A DNA stretch of 63,070 nt, filler included, from Catajapyx aquilonaris (taxonomy: Eukaryota): assembly GCA_000934665.2 (NCBI GenBank). It is 3 parts of 3 records of this genome, joined end to end, with 100 filler letters (N's around TTAATTAATTAA, not from the genome) between each part and the next. Parts side by side here need not be neighbours in the genome. Positions count along the whole stretch, not along the records: positions 20,999 to 41,915 come from JYFJ02006171.1; positions 42,016 to 63,070 come from JYFJ02006177.1; 1 more part is not named here. One strand, written 5' to 3'. Shown here in pieces: positions 35,901-45,500 of this stretch (within the stretch, counting starts at the first letter, position 1; the number at the start of each line of letters is the position of its first letter). Both the position numbers and the translations under genes were made by a program. The notes under the pieces were generated by a model. It was given only the letters and a program-made list of their open reading frames with translations. It was not told the DNA's origin and did no database searches.

Positions 35901-38482
35901 CTCTTGCTCCCTAGCAAGTGCAGCAGCACCACGAAGTCGCACAATACCAGGAGAAAAGTCTGGTATTCGTGACATTACTGCCGCTATTTTCCTGCCCTTC
36001 GCTTGGTTAAGTGCTGGTGCTTTGGTCGAGGTTCCCACTGCTGATAATGAAGGTTACATTCAATCATCATGTATGCATGCAAACAAAGCATGCATAATAA
36101 AACAACATTACCTGACACATCTTCTTCATCTACAGAATAACCAATAGCAGGCAGCTTCTTGCCTTCTGCAGCACAAGCAATTAACCAATCCACGGTAAGG
36201 GTGGGAATACGCCACTTCTTTGCTGCATCATACTTAGGGCCCCAGGGTGTCTGGCAAATTAGATGTGTGCACTTTTTTATGTTTTTTGTCGGCTTGTCAT
36301 TCTTTGAAAAAGAATCCTGAAACCTGCAGAGGAGTCTGTCATGGATAAGTGACATCTTGACATATTAAGGCCCGTTTCCAAAGAAGCTTCAGCTTGAAAA
36401 AGTGAGCTCTGGAGCTCATCTTAGCCGGTGCTTCACAGCTAGCGCCCTCAGACCGGTTTCCAAAGAAGCTTTGGCTTCACAACGGAGCGGAGGAGATTGT
36501 TCTTCAGGCTCAAGGTCACTCTTTGTCTCTCCTCGCTGCCTCCCCCTGCATGCCCGAGCAGCTCCTTCCGTGACCTTCGACAGGTCATCTTTTTTTTTTT
36601 CTCCTCTCTCCTTCCCTGGCCTCCCCACCCTGCGTCATCACCCCACCCCTAGCCACCTCCCCACCGAGATTGTCCCACGTGACCCCAGGAGCCGCGTCGG
36701 ATTGGTCAGAAAGACGCTCTAGCCCCAGATGGAATATCGCCTCATGCTCGATGTTATAATAATTCATAATTCATACCCCGTTATCAGCCGGCGGCTCTTT
36801 AGGGGGGAATTTTTGTTTTGTCAGGAACTCTTTGCTTGCATTTTTACTTATTATTGCTTTTTGGGAGAGGATAGGAAAAAAAGGGGGCGGCTGTGGCCTG
36901 TTTATTAGGAAACAATTCCGGAATTCTCCTGGAGAAACCGTGGGAAACCACAGAAAACCACGGTTAGAGTTTCCGGCACCGGGATTCGAACCCAGGACCT
37001 CCCGATTAGCAGTCGGATGCCTTATCCACTATGCCAACCTGCTTCGGTTCCTCGTGCTCGATGTTCAAAGCAAGCTGAATTGGAGAGCTAAAATATCGAC
37101 CCAGCGCTAGAAACGCGTTGCGGCTGGAGCTAGAGCGAGCGCCAGAGCGCACTTTTTCAAGCTGAAGCTTCTTTTGAAACGGGCCTTTACTCTTGGATAA
37201 AGGCAAGTTCATTACCATCAAGAGGGGAGACATAATTTGTCATTTGAAGATTACACTGTCAAAGCTAATATTATTATGTCAGTTTTCCTCCATGTTCACT
37301 AATTAAAAATCTAGGTGTTACTATGCATTTCACTTAAAATGCAATCTCAAGAGTTGCAAGCAGTTGCAAAAGTGAACATGTCAGACTTCATCTGCGACAG
37401 AGGGAATGGCATAATGCACTCTTTGATCAATGTTAATTATTTCAGTAACAAGCCTGTGTAGGCCAAGTGACATCTCTATAGTGATCCCCTATAGTCACCA
37501 GGGGATCACTATAGAGATGTCACTTGGCCTGGAGGTTTGCTTGAAACATTATGAAACACGCTGTACATTGCACAACTGCAGCAAAAAACTTTATGCACCT
37601 TTAGTACTGAACTTACACTGCTCCCATCACGTAAGTGATCCACACCACAAAATTTCGCTCCTTGTAAAAGAAATTAGTGCAAGTGATTACACATCCCTCC
37701 AAGGGAGAGAACTTCTTTTTCAGCTTAATAGGATTGTGGTAATACTGCTTCGGAAGTAGTTTCCCTTGGTCAAAAATATCATCCTGAGGGAAAAAATACA
37801 CTTTTGAATCATGTACCCTGTCTTAGTTACCTGGAAACTTACAATGTAAAGATGAGTAACCACTTGGTCTGTAATAGGTTCCATACTGGGGAACGCTATC
37901 TTAGGAACAACCAGATAGTCCCTGTCACTTTCGTCATCCGTTATAATGCCACCTGCCTTGGTTACCTGGTATGTCACCTCTTGTATGCGCTGTTTCTTTA
38001 GATTCTTTAGGAAGAATTTCAAACCTGTAAAGTACAGGGTAAGATATAATTATTGAGACTCGTGCTTCAGCAGGATCTTACCTCCGAGAAATGGTTCGGG
38101 TCCTTCCTCTTCTTGCTCACTCATAGAATCTACGATAGAATGACCCCCACTCTGATGCCGAGGTCCATGGTCACAGTAACTAACACTGACAGTTTCTGGG
38201 TAAAGGGTGTCACATGCCCTGCTATGCCCTGAAACAGTGGCATTATTATTGCTTCTAAGCTTACGGCCAGCACGCTGGCCCTTTTCAGTGCTAGCAGCAG
38301 CCCCAGCCTCCAAGGATTTTTTCGATACATTGGATGAGTCTTCTGGGGTCAGGTTCGATTGACCACAGAACACGTATCGAAATGCTGAGAGACCTGCTTC
38401 AGGAAACTCATAGTCTTCACTGCTGACTTTCATGGCACTGGCAGCACATGCTAAAAGCCAATGTTCCTTGACTGCAACAGAT
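22445..38482 (-). CDS. TOPBP1: TopBP1-like multi-BRCT protein, partial (exons 38482-38082, 38024-37843, 37783-37617, 36323-36112, 36040-35901, 35841-35689, 33836-33574, 33506-33454, 28314-28085, 26627-26475, 22844-22588, 22530-22445)
   Basis: SPLEGCVITCT...MGA|VFQDSFSK...THLICQTPWGPKYDAAKKWRIPTLTVDWLIAC resembles TopBP1 BRCT5. It is preceded by BRCT4-like AGGII..DYLVVP and followed by BRCT6-like IFVTKSL..DLHNLITVHGG..VTH|..VVNSEWLYDC. Exon phases are compatible. The 5' and 3' ends were not found on this contig, and orthologue versus paralogue status is unresolved. Confidence 0.75.
23556..23843. mobile_element. hAT-like MITE
   Basis: TIR CAGTGG(C/T)GGAT with an 8-bp TSD GATGATAT (23548-23555 and 23844-23851). 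Confidence 0.88.
24230..25387. mobile_element. Kolobok-like non-autonomous DNA transposon
   Basis: TTAA TSDs (24226-24229 and 25388-25391). Imperfect TIRs of about 90 bp start AGGGACACTCCACTCAAAATACAAGTTG; purine-purine termini with TTAA targets fit Kolobok. Confidence 0.8.
25717..26040 (+). mobile_element. tRNA-derived SINE (family C), degenerate
   Basis: Homologous along its length to 34067-34428. Confidence 0.75.
27350..27961. mobile_element. pogo/Tigger-like MITE, copy 1
   Basis: TA|CAGTGAAACTTCTATAAGTCGAA...TTCGACTTACTG|TA with subterminal TTCGAGTTATAGAA repeats. Homologous to 38658-39544. Confidence 0.85.
29136..29605. mobile_element. piggyBac-like MITE
   Basis: TTAA|CCCTTAACTACGTAGGTGG...CCACCTACGTAGTTAAGGG|TTAA, with an internal duplicate of the right TIR. 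Confidence 0.9.
29771..30769. mobile_element. pogo/Tigger-like MITE of about 1 kb
   Basis: Ends AGTCGAATCCCTC.ATAA and TTATCGAGGGATTCGACTG|TA, with a repeated TATAACGAA subterminal motif. Confidence 0.75.
31749..32867 (+). mobile_element. Non-autonomous Helitron, copy 3, flanked by (AAT)n
   Basis: 5' GCCTTGTCTGGAA (31752). A RepHel N-terminal-like segment MDEEEDPIARKRRMAKARKARW is joined to the helicase tail SHGQLYVALSRSRNPSQVKV. The 3' hairpin and CTAG are at 32864-32867. (AAT)n tracts lie at 31682-31748 and 32868-32922. Confidence 0.9.
32924..33271 (-). mobile_element. tRNA-derived SINE (family B) inserted in (AAT)n
   Basis: Head GGTGGCCGTGATGG...GGTTCGACCCC, an A-rich tail, and (AAT)n on both sides. 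Confidence 0.85.
34067..34428 (-). mobile_element. tRNA-derived SINE (family C) with (TTA)n tail
   Basis: A and B boxes (TGGTGCTATGG; GGTTCGATCCC). 17-bp TSD CCTATCCCATTCAATTA at 34050-34066 and 34429-34445. Confidence 0.9.
34485..35311. mobile_element. piggyBac-like MITE
   Basis: TTAA|CCCT(A/C)ATAAGACGGG...CCCGTCTTATGAGGG|TTAA. Confidence 0.85.
36368..37186. mobile_element. PIF/Harbinger-like MITE with a nested SINE
   Basis: TIR AGGCCCGTTTC.AAAGAAGCTTCAGCTTGAAAAAGTG with a TTA TSD. Confidence 0.85.
36756..37049 (-). mobile_element. tRNA-derived SINE (family A)
   Basis: Head CCGAAGCAGGTTGGCATAGTGG...GGTTCGAATCCC. TSD CCTC(A/G)TGCTCGATGTT at 36740-36755 and 37050-37065. Confidence 0.9.
37460..37530. 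repeat. Perfect hairpin with a 31-bp stem and 9-nt loop
   Basis: AGGCCAAGTGACATCTCTATAGTGATCCCCT-atagtcacc-AGGGGATCACTATAGAGATGTCACTTGGCCT. Confidence 0.97.
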
Positions 38483-38565
38483 CTACAAGAAAAGAAATAG
38501 TTCTAGCATCAAAGTTTGATTATCTCAATTGTGTAAAACTTACATACAACACACTCAAATATTAA

Positions 38566-38615
38566 CCTATTTGCCTATTTTCCAGCCTATTTGCCTATTT
38601 TCCAGCCTATTTGCC
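38566..38615. repeat. 20-bp tandem repeat (2.5 copies)
   Basis: CCTATTTGCCTATTTTCCAG repeated. Confidence 0.9.
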
Positions 38616-38657
38616 AGCGACAATAATTTTCCTTAAGTTTCTTCTTCAATCAAAATA

Positions 38658-39544
38658 CAGTAAAACTTCTATAAGTCGAATCTCCATGGGACAGGAAAAA
38701 AACTTCGAGTTATGGAAGATTCGAGTTAGAGTAGTTCGGCTTTTTTAGAGCACATCACTCTATATAAGTAAGCCTACCTTCATATCCAGTGACGAAAGGT
38801 GTTCAAAACTTAAAAATAACTAGGTCACTATCACACTTACAATGTTCCTCGGTGGTTTGGTGTAAAAAAAAACTATGTTATGGACATTTGCCTACTCTTA
38901 GATTCAAGGATTCAATTGTCACAATCGAGACAAACACTTCTTTCGGTACATCTGGTAGACAGAGATCAGGAAATTGAGCCTTTCAGTACATGTGGCCTAC
39001 TCTAGACCCTTCGGCTGGGAAATGAGAAAATTTTCCGTACTTGCCAACATGAACTTCGACTTAGGGAGACTGAAAATGCATTGATATCCCATCGTAAGGC
39101 CCTGCCTGCACTTCGAGTTATCGAGAACTTTGAGTTAGAAATTCGAGTTAGGGAAGTTTATTTCCTATTATTTTACATTGTGACCAACCACCGAAGCAGG
39201 TTGGTGTAGGGGATAAGGAGCCCGCCTGCTAATCGGGAGGTCCTGGGTTCGAATACGGGGGCCGGCGACCCTGACCATGGTTTTCTGTGGTTTTCCATGG
39301 TCCCCTCCAGGACAATAATTCCGGGGTCGTTTCCGTAAAAATAGGCCACAGCCGCTTCCTTCCTTCCCTATCCCTGGCCTCATCCAATGGTGGTAATCCA
39401 CCCCCCTAAGGGAGCCAAAGGCTCTCGCATGGGGTATGAAATAAATTAAATAAAATAAAACATTGTGACCAACCAAGCTCATTATTTTCTTCGACTTATA
39501 GAGAACTTTGACTTAGGGAAGTTCGACTTATAGAAGTTTTACTG
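38658..39544. mobile_element. pogo/Tigger-like MITE, copy 2, with a nested SINE
   Basis: TA|CAGTAAAACTTCTATAAGTCGAA...TTCGACTTATAGAAGTTTTACTG|TA, a perfect 23-bp TIR. Confidence 0.9.
39191..39459 (+). mobile_element. tRNA-derived SINE (family A)
   Basis: 16-bp TSD ACATTGTGACCAACCA (39175-39190 and 39460-39475). The empty site is visible at 27889-27904. Confidence 0.92.
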
Positions 39545-39601
39545 TAGCTCTTCACAACAAAAGTCCTCCTTTAAAGTGTCTACTCTAAGCTTGCAGTGGT
39601 A

Positions 39602-40649
39602 CGAGGGCTGTACGAAAATGATCTACAATTTATTTTTTTGCCACAAATAAATTGCCTGTACAGGTTGGATGATAGTCACACATTATCAAGCAAATCCTCC
39701 TGGAGCTGAATGAACAGGAGTCATGGGTGTGGCTACCTTTCCAGTCCCTCCAGGAACCATGTTGTGAAAGTTCGGCGCACCCCCTCCCAGACAACTGCTT
39801 ACAGTCAACAATGTCCTCGAAATTGCATTAGCAAAGGAGTTTTTTTCATGGATCTTTATTTATTTATTTATTTATTTATTTGGGATCCCCCTTGAGACCA
39901 ATTGGTCAATGCAGGGGGAGGAGATCTCCTCCATTTTTCTAGCTTTACAATCTCACCGGTGCAGGGACAGGGACAGGGAAGGGACAGGGAGGGAGGAACA
40001 AAGGTTCAGTGCATTGTCCTGTGGTGGGGGCCGTGTGCAGTCCCTCAGGGGGCCAAGCTTAGACACCCCCCTAGGCGCGGCCGGAAGCCCCCCACCGACA
40101 CCGCGCCTCCTCCAGGGAAAGGAAGGAAGCGGCTGTGGCCTATATAACGGTACGATCCCGGGATTTCCCTGGAGTGACCTTGGAAAACCACAGAAAACCA
40201 AGGTCAGGACCCCCGGCCTCCGGGACTCAAACCCAGGACCTCCCGATTAGCAGTCGGACACCATATCCCACTACACCACTACTGCTTCGTTTTTTTTTTT
40301 TTTCATGGATCTAAACAGGTGAAAGTCACTGGGGGTCAAGCCGGGTGAGTCCAACGAGTGTGGAAGCACCAAACCCAGATCCATGAAAAAAAAACCTTCA
40401 CCAATGCCATTTCAAGGACACTGTTGACAGTTGTTTACATTGTTGATTGTGCACAGTTGTCCGGTAGTGGGAGGATCACACCTCCAAAAAGTAGTTCCTG
40501 GAGGGCCTGGAGAGGTTGACACACACGTGGTGATAGTGAATTCAGCTCCAGGAGGATTCTATCTATAATGTGTGACTATCTGCCGACCTGTATGGGCACT
40601 GCATTTGTGGCAAAAAAATTAATTGTAAATAATTTTAGTAAGGTCCTCG
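39602..40649. mobile_element. mariner-like MITE with long imperfect TIRs
   Basis: TA|CGAGG...CCTCG|TA with long inverted arms (GCCACAAAT..ATAGTCACACATTAT..TCCTCCTGGAGCTGAAT). Confidence 0.75.
39856..40296 (-). mobile_element. Chimeric tRNA-derived SINE (family A head) with (TAAA)n tail
   Basis: Head CGAAGCAGTAGTGGTGTAGTGG...GGTTTGAGTCCC. TSD TTTTTTCATGGATCT on both sides. Confidence 0.8.
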
Positions 40650-41561
40650 TAGTATGGGTGAAATAACCACAAAAATCAATTACAGAGGGAAACACTTGGC
40701 ATAATTATGTTTTATATGATTGGTTAAAATTGCAACCTTGAAATAGACTTCCTACAGCACATCGTATCATGCAATGGCACATGCCCCATTACTGTGGTTG
40801 GCTTGGTTTGGTTTATTGGAGGAATCAAAACTACTTTGGCTGTCTGGCATAGAGGAGGATGAGAGGGAACAAGAGGTTTTGGAATGTGACAGGCAGTAAC
40901 AGGAAACAGGAGAACCCTGAGAAAACCCACAGGAACCTGGACAGACCCTATCGAAACAGCCTACAAAGCTAAGTTTTAAAAATGAAAATGGCCCAGTGAA
41001 CTATACTATGGACAGCAAAAACATTGTCGCACTGTCATCAGTTTGGTGTCCACAACTTCTTCCTGCAAGGGGCACTGCCAAGCATCACCACATCATGTGA
41101 CCTAGACGAGTGCCCAGGTGGGGATGATTGGGGGAGGTGGGAGGGGAGGGGGAGGTGGTGAAAAGAGCCTACTCTGACAATTACAGCTCTGCCCCAGACG
41201 ACCTGGACAAGATGTTGGGGGGAGGGAGAATTTGGGAGGTGATAAATGGGGGAGCGATGTGTGAATGCATCTGTGCAAGTGCTGCAAGGACATCATACTG
41301 CTACTTCTTTTAGGGGTGGGCTAGTACCAGCCCATGTGTCGTGTTGTAATAAAATTCCAGGATGCCTTACATGGCCCTGGGAGGCCTCTTCCAACGAATT
41401 TCGAGTCCCTTGATTATATGCCACCTTTATAGTCCTAGCGGTTCACGACATATTTGCAAAGAAAACTGCATTTTATGATAGAAGCAAGCCGCTTGGCACA
41501 GCGATACTTTAGACAATTTAGAAAATATTTGCCCGTAGCAGTCACATTTACATCCCTTAGG

Positions 41562-41840
41562 AACCGAAGCAGGTTGGCATAGTGGATAAGGCGTCCGACT
41601 GCGAATCGGGAGGTCCTGGGTTCGAGTCCCGGGGCCGGCAACTCTGACCGTGGTTTTCTGTGGTTTCCCACGGTCCTTCCAGGAAAATTCTGGAGTTGCT
41701 TCCGTAATTAATAGGCCACAGCCGCTTCCTTCCGTCCCTATCCTATCCCAATGAGCACAGTAAAATGAAAGCAAAGAGTTCCAGGCAAAACAAACTTCCC
41801 CCCTAAAGAGCCAATGGCTGATAACGGGGTATGAATTATT
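41562..41840 (+). mobile_element. tRNA-derived SINE (family A)
   Basis: 16-bp TSD ATTTACATCCCTTAGG (41546-41561 and 41841-41856), with A and B boxes. Confidence 0.92.
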
Positions 41841-41915
41841 ATTTACATCCCTTAGGGGGGGCAGGGGGGGGGCCGGTTCCCAAAAGGGGGGGCCATTTTT
41901 TTAAAAAGTAAACAT

Positions 41916-42015
41916 NNNNNNNNNNNNNNNNNNNNNNNNNNNNNNNNNNNNNNNNNNNNTTAATTAATTAANNNNNNNNNNNNNNNNNNNNNNNNNNNNN
42001 NNNNNNNNNNNNNNN
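41916..42015. other. Artificial contig linker
   Basis: 44 N + TTAATTAATTAA + 44 N, identical to 20899-20998. Confidence 0.97.
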
Positions 42016-42510
42016 ATCTCTTTTACGTAGAGAGAGAGAGAGAGACTTAGTATTGGCTCCTTCCCAAATCTTCTGCATTGTGATCTAATCAATGTCATGT
42101 CTAATTTTTTTTTTAATGCCCCATGTGTCATAAAGGAAAGGCAAAGTGGGTTTTTTGGCCTGTGCCACAAACGCATTTGAAGCTTGCTCTGTGCATGCAA
42201 AAAGAGAGATGTTGGCATGAGAAAGTGCCAGTGCTTTTTTGAAAAAAAAATCCTCCTTGGCGTAACAAATGGTTACAGGAGGCGCTGCCTGCCCTTTTTC
42301 AAGTCTCGTTGGGTTAAGCAGATGTTACATGTCCCAAGAGAGATGGCAATATTCAGTAAGCGTAACATGCATTCACAGTGAATTAGGCAGAATGAAAATA
42401 ATTTGCACTGACCTCTTCATAACACGCTTGGGCAATTCACACTGACTGGAATCCCAAGTTTGCCACCTCATGTACACTACAAGTATAAATGTCCTTCTTC
42501 TGTGGAGCAG

Positions 42511-45500
42511 CTCGAACCCCCGACCCCAACCCCATCTTTAGTCAGTCCCAAATCAGTCAGAAGTGACGACCTGGATGAGACCCTGGAACCCTTAGTGATA
42601 GACTCGGGTCTGGTCACAAGTGCATCTGACGGCTCCATGTGCGAGGATGAACCCAAGTCAATTGTTGAGGAGCAGCCGAACTCTCTGGAGGAGAGACCTG
42701 CATCTGCGACAGAAGACCAGCCCAAGTCGTTGAATGATGAGCAATCCAAATCTAACGATGATCAGAAACTTGCTGCTGACCAAGCGGATGATAATGAAGC
42801 TGTACCATTGACTGATGAACCTGTGTGTTCGACTGATCAATCCACACCTCTTCTTGAAGAACCGAAGTCCTTGCCTGTGCAAGAATCTTCGCCAAGCCGA
42901 CCTGCGTCCACCGTTGCCCCTCCTTCGGAAGAGCTGCAGGTTCTGGAGGTACCGAAGGATGAGCAGCCAAAATCACTGCCAGAAAACTTGAAGCTTGCAT
43001 CCGAGAGTGGTCCTACATCCCTAGTCGATGAGGAGAGCTGCGACTCCGACCCGGGTTTGACCCCCGACCCTAAAGGTGCTCATCGCAAGCGTGCATTGAC
43101 CTGGAAGGGCCTTAAGCTGAAGCAGAAGTTGGACAAGGTGGACAGGAGACTGCGACACACATTTTCAGCACCGCATGTCAAAGAGACCTGCGTGTTCTAT
43201 GACGACTCGGCTGTGTCCATGGAGGATGACACCCCTGTTGAAGAGGCTGTCGAAGCTGTTGAGGAACCAGACATCAAACCAGAGCGGCCCAGAGACCTGC
43301 CTCTGTTTGATGAGGAGGGAAGACCCATAAGGCCTCCCAGAGGAGTGAAGAAGTCTCATCAGATATTGCACAGGTTGTCTTCACGGACAACCAAGAAGGT
43401 GAAGTGCACACCCTTAGTGGACCTGAGAGGCGGAGGCGAAGAGTACGGACAAGGCCATCAGCACAGTGGACCTGGGATGCTTGGCAGTTTGGTGCGGAAG
43501 CTTAGTAAGTGATAGGGTGGATCATCTGAAGTGAGAGGGTTCTGGAGCCACAGGAAATTAAGAAAAAGAGAGGAATAGTTCCTTTTGTGATAGAGAGCAC
43601 AAGTAGTTCCCAAGTGTACATGATATTACAGATGTAGACAGTTGTAGCTGGCACAGCGTAATTAATTTCCCGTGTGAGACTCCACTGGTAGAGTAATGAG
43701 TATGTGTGTGTGAGTGAGTGTGGAAAGTGAACAAGTTTCCCTTCCCTTTTTCCACCTGTTAGCAAAACGAGTCCTTCCCAATTTCCTGCTGCCTTGTATA
43801 CTACTGCACAGCACCGACTGCTTCTCACGACTCTCTGGCTTGTGACACTAATCACCTGTGGATGTACTTCACTGTGTGTGAACAAGGAGCCAATACTAAC
43901 GTTAACAGCACCAGTCGCAATTACTTCTTGAGGTATGATGCATGCTAGAATAGAGCGATAGAGCAGACGCCATGTAACAAAAGGAGCATTGTAAATATTT
44001 CTTCGCACTCTAGCTGTGTCATAGGCAGTAATGAAGTATAACGCCCACTAACATGTTTTCCTGCCTATGGCACAAATTATGATGATGTGTGTGTGTGTAA
44101 CTAACTTAGCTAACAGCAGTCATCATTTCACTTCTGAAGGACTCAGATGGGGACACCACCAGCTGCCTTAAGTACATTTTCAGTACTCGTGTGCTTGGTA
44201 AATAACATTTTATGCTTCTGTAACCCACATTTTTTCCTCCACCCATGAACCCAATTAACAAAAGTGACGGTTTTGGTTGTGTTACGTCATGATAACAGAG
44301 CTTCCGTAGCGCACTAGGTAGAATGCGCCTGGCACCGCTGCCGTAGTAATGTGGGGAGGATGTGCATTTAGCTGGGTTAGATGTCATAGTAGAAGGTTGT
44401 GGTTATTTCCGTGGTGCTGCAACATAGTCAGTTTTTAGTAGAGAGCCAGTGGTTTCCCTATGGCTGAAGCACACAAATCTCCCTACTGGGTGTGATGAGA
44501 TGGCCACCAATATTCTTGGTAGGTGTGCACAGGACCGTGTTCTACCAGTGCCTCCGGGGGGGAAACACATGCCAGGAAGGACATCTACAGACTGCTTCAG
44601 CCTGAGATATTTATTTTACGGGACACTAAACACATGTGTACGTATGCAAGTCTTGCGGATAAAAGTCTTTGTATGTAAAAGGATATTGCACATTTAGTGT
44701 ACATACAAAGTGGGCGATTTGTCGGATGTGTCCTTCCTGGCAGCATGAGTAGATAGCGGCATTACCTAGTGGCAGTGGGAAACTAACAGACTGCCTTCTG
44801 TCTCTCTCTTTTTTTCCCCACCTACTCTCCACATGTTTGACTCCCCTCTGCCCACCCCTTGACCCGCCCGCCATATATTGGCTGCCGGTTCTCTGTAGAT
44901 GAACGGTGTCTGTCTGTCACCGACCTTGGGCAAACAGACAGACTCTGGGGGGTCTCCCTTACCACCACCTAGTGGAGGTGGCTGCGGTGGTAGTAGCGGA
45001 GGATCTAGCAGTGGTGTGGGGACCATGGCATCCGGTGGCGGTGGCTCCACACCTGGAGGATCGGGAAGCTCTCCTAGGAAGTCCTCAGAGACGCCCGTGA
45101 GGCGCTCCAAGTCACAAGGTATCCGAAACAAGCTGCAAAAGTGCCAGAGCACGGCCTCTGCAGACTACGAGGGGTCGGTAGGTTCGGGGCCGTCGTCCAG
45201 CTGCCACTTCTTCGGCCCCGGCTCACTGCCCCCTACTGTCACAACCACTCCTGCAGCCACACTCAGTGGCAATGCTGGTGGCGGTGGTGGTACAGCAGCA
45301 CCTCATCCTACCATTTGCAGATCCGCCGCTGGCGAATCACGATCTGTCATGTTCCACCTTTCCCGACAGTATTTCAGTTTTGGTAGTAGACACGTCACCT
45401 ATTCTCTCTCGTCACTTCTATCTCAGCTCCCTCACTATTATCTACTTGCAAATCTTCCAGTTTCTCACTGTAGAGGTTCTCTGCATCAGGGAGTGATGCC

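Noticed and set aside
27350..39544. Two same-orientation MITE copies as mediators of the BRCT duplication
   Set aside because: Recombination between them would also duplicate the BRCT4/5 exons, which occur only once.
3191..41640. tRNA-like A and B box sequences as tRNA genes
   Set aside because: Each continues into a shared non-tRNA body and most have TSDs, so they are SINE heads.
41400..42500. TopBP1-like gene and tomosyn as a head-to-head pair
   Set aside because: They are separated by an artificial linker and both lack their 5' halves.
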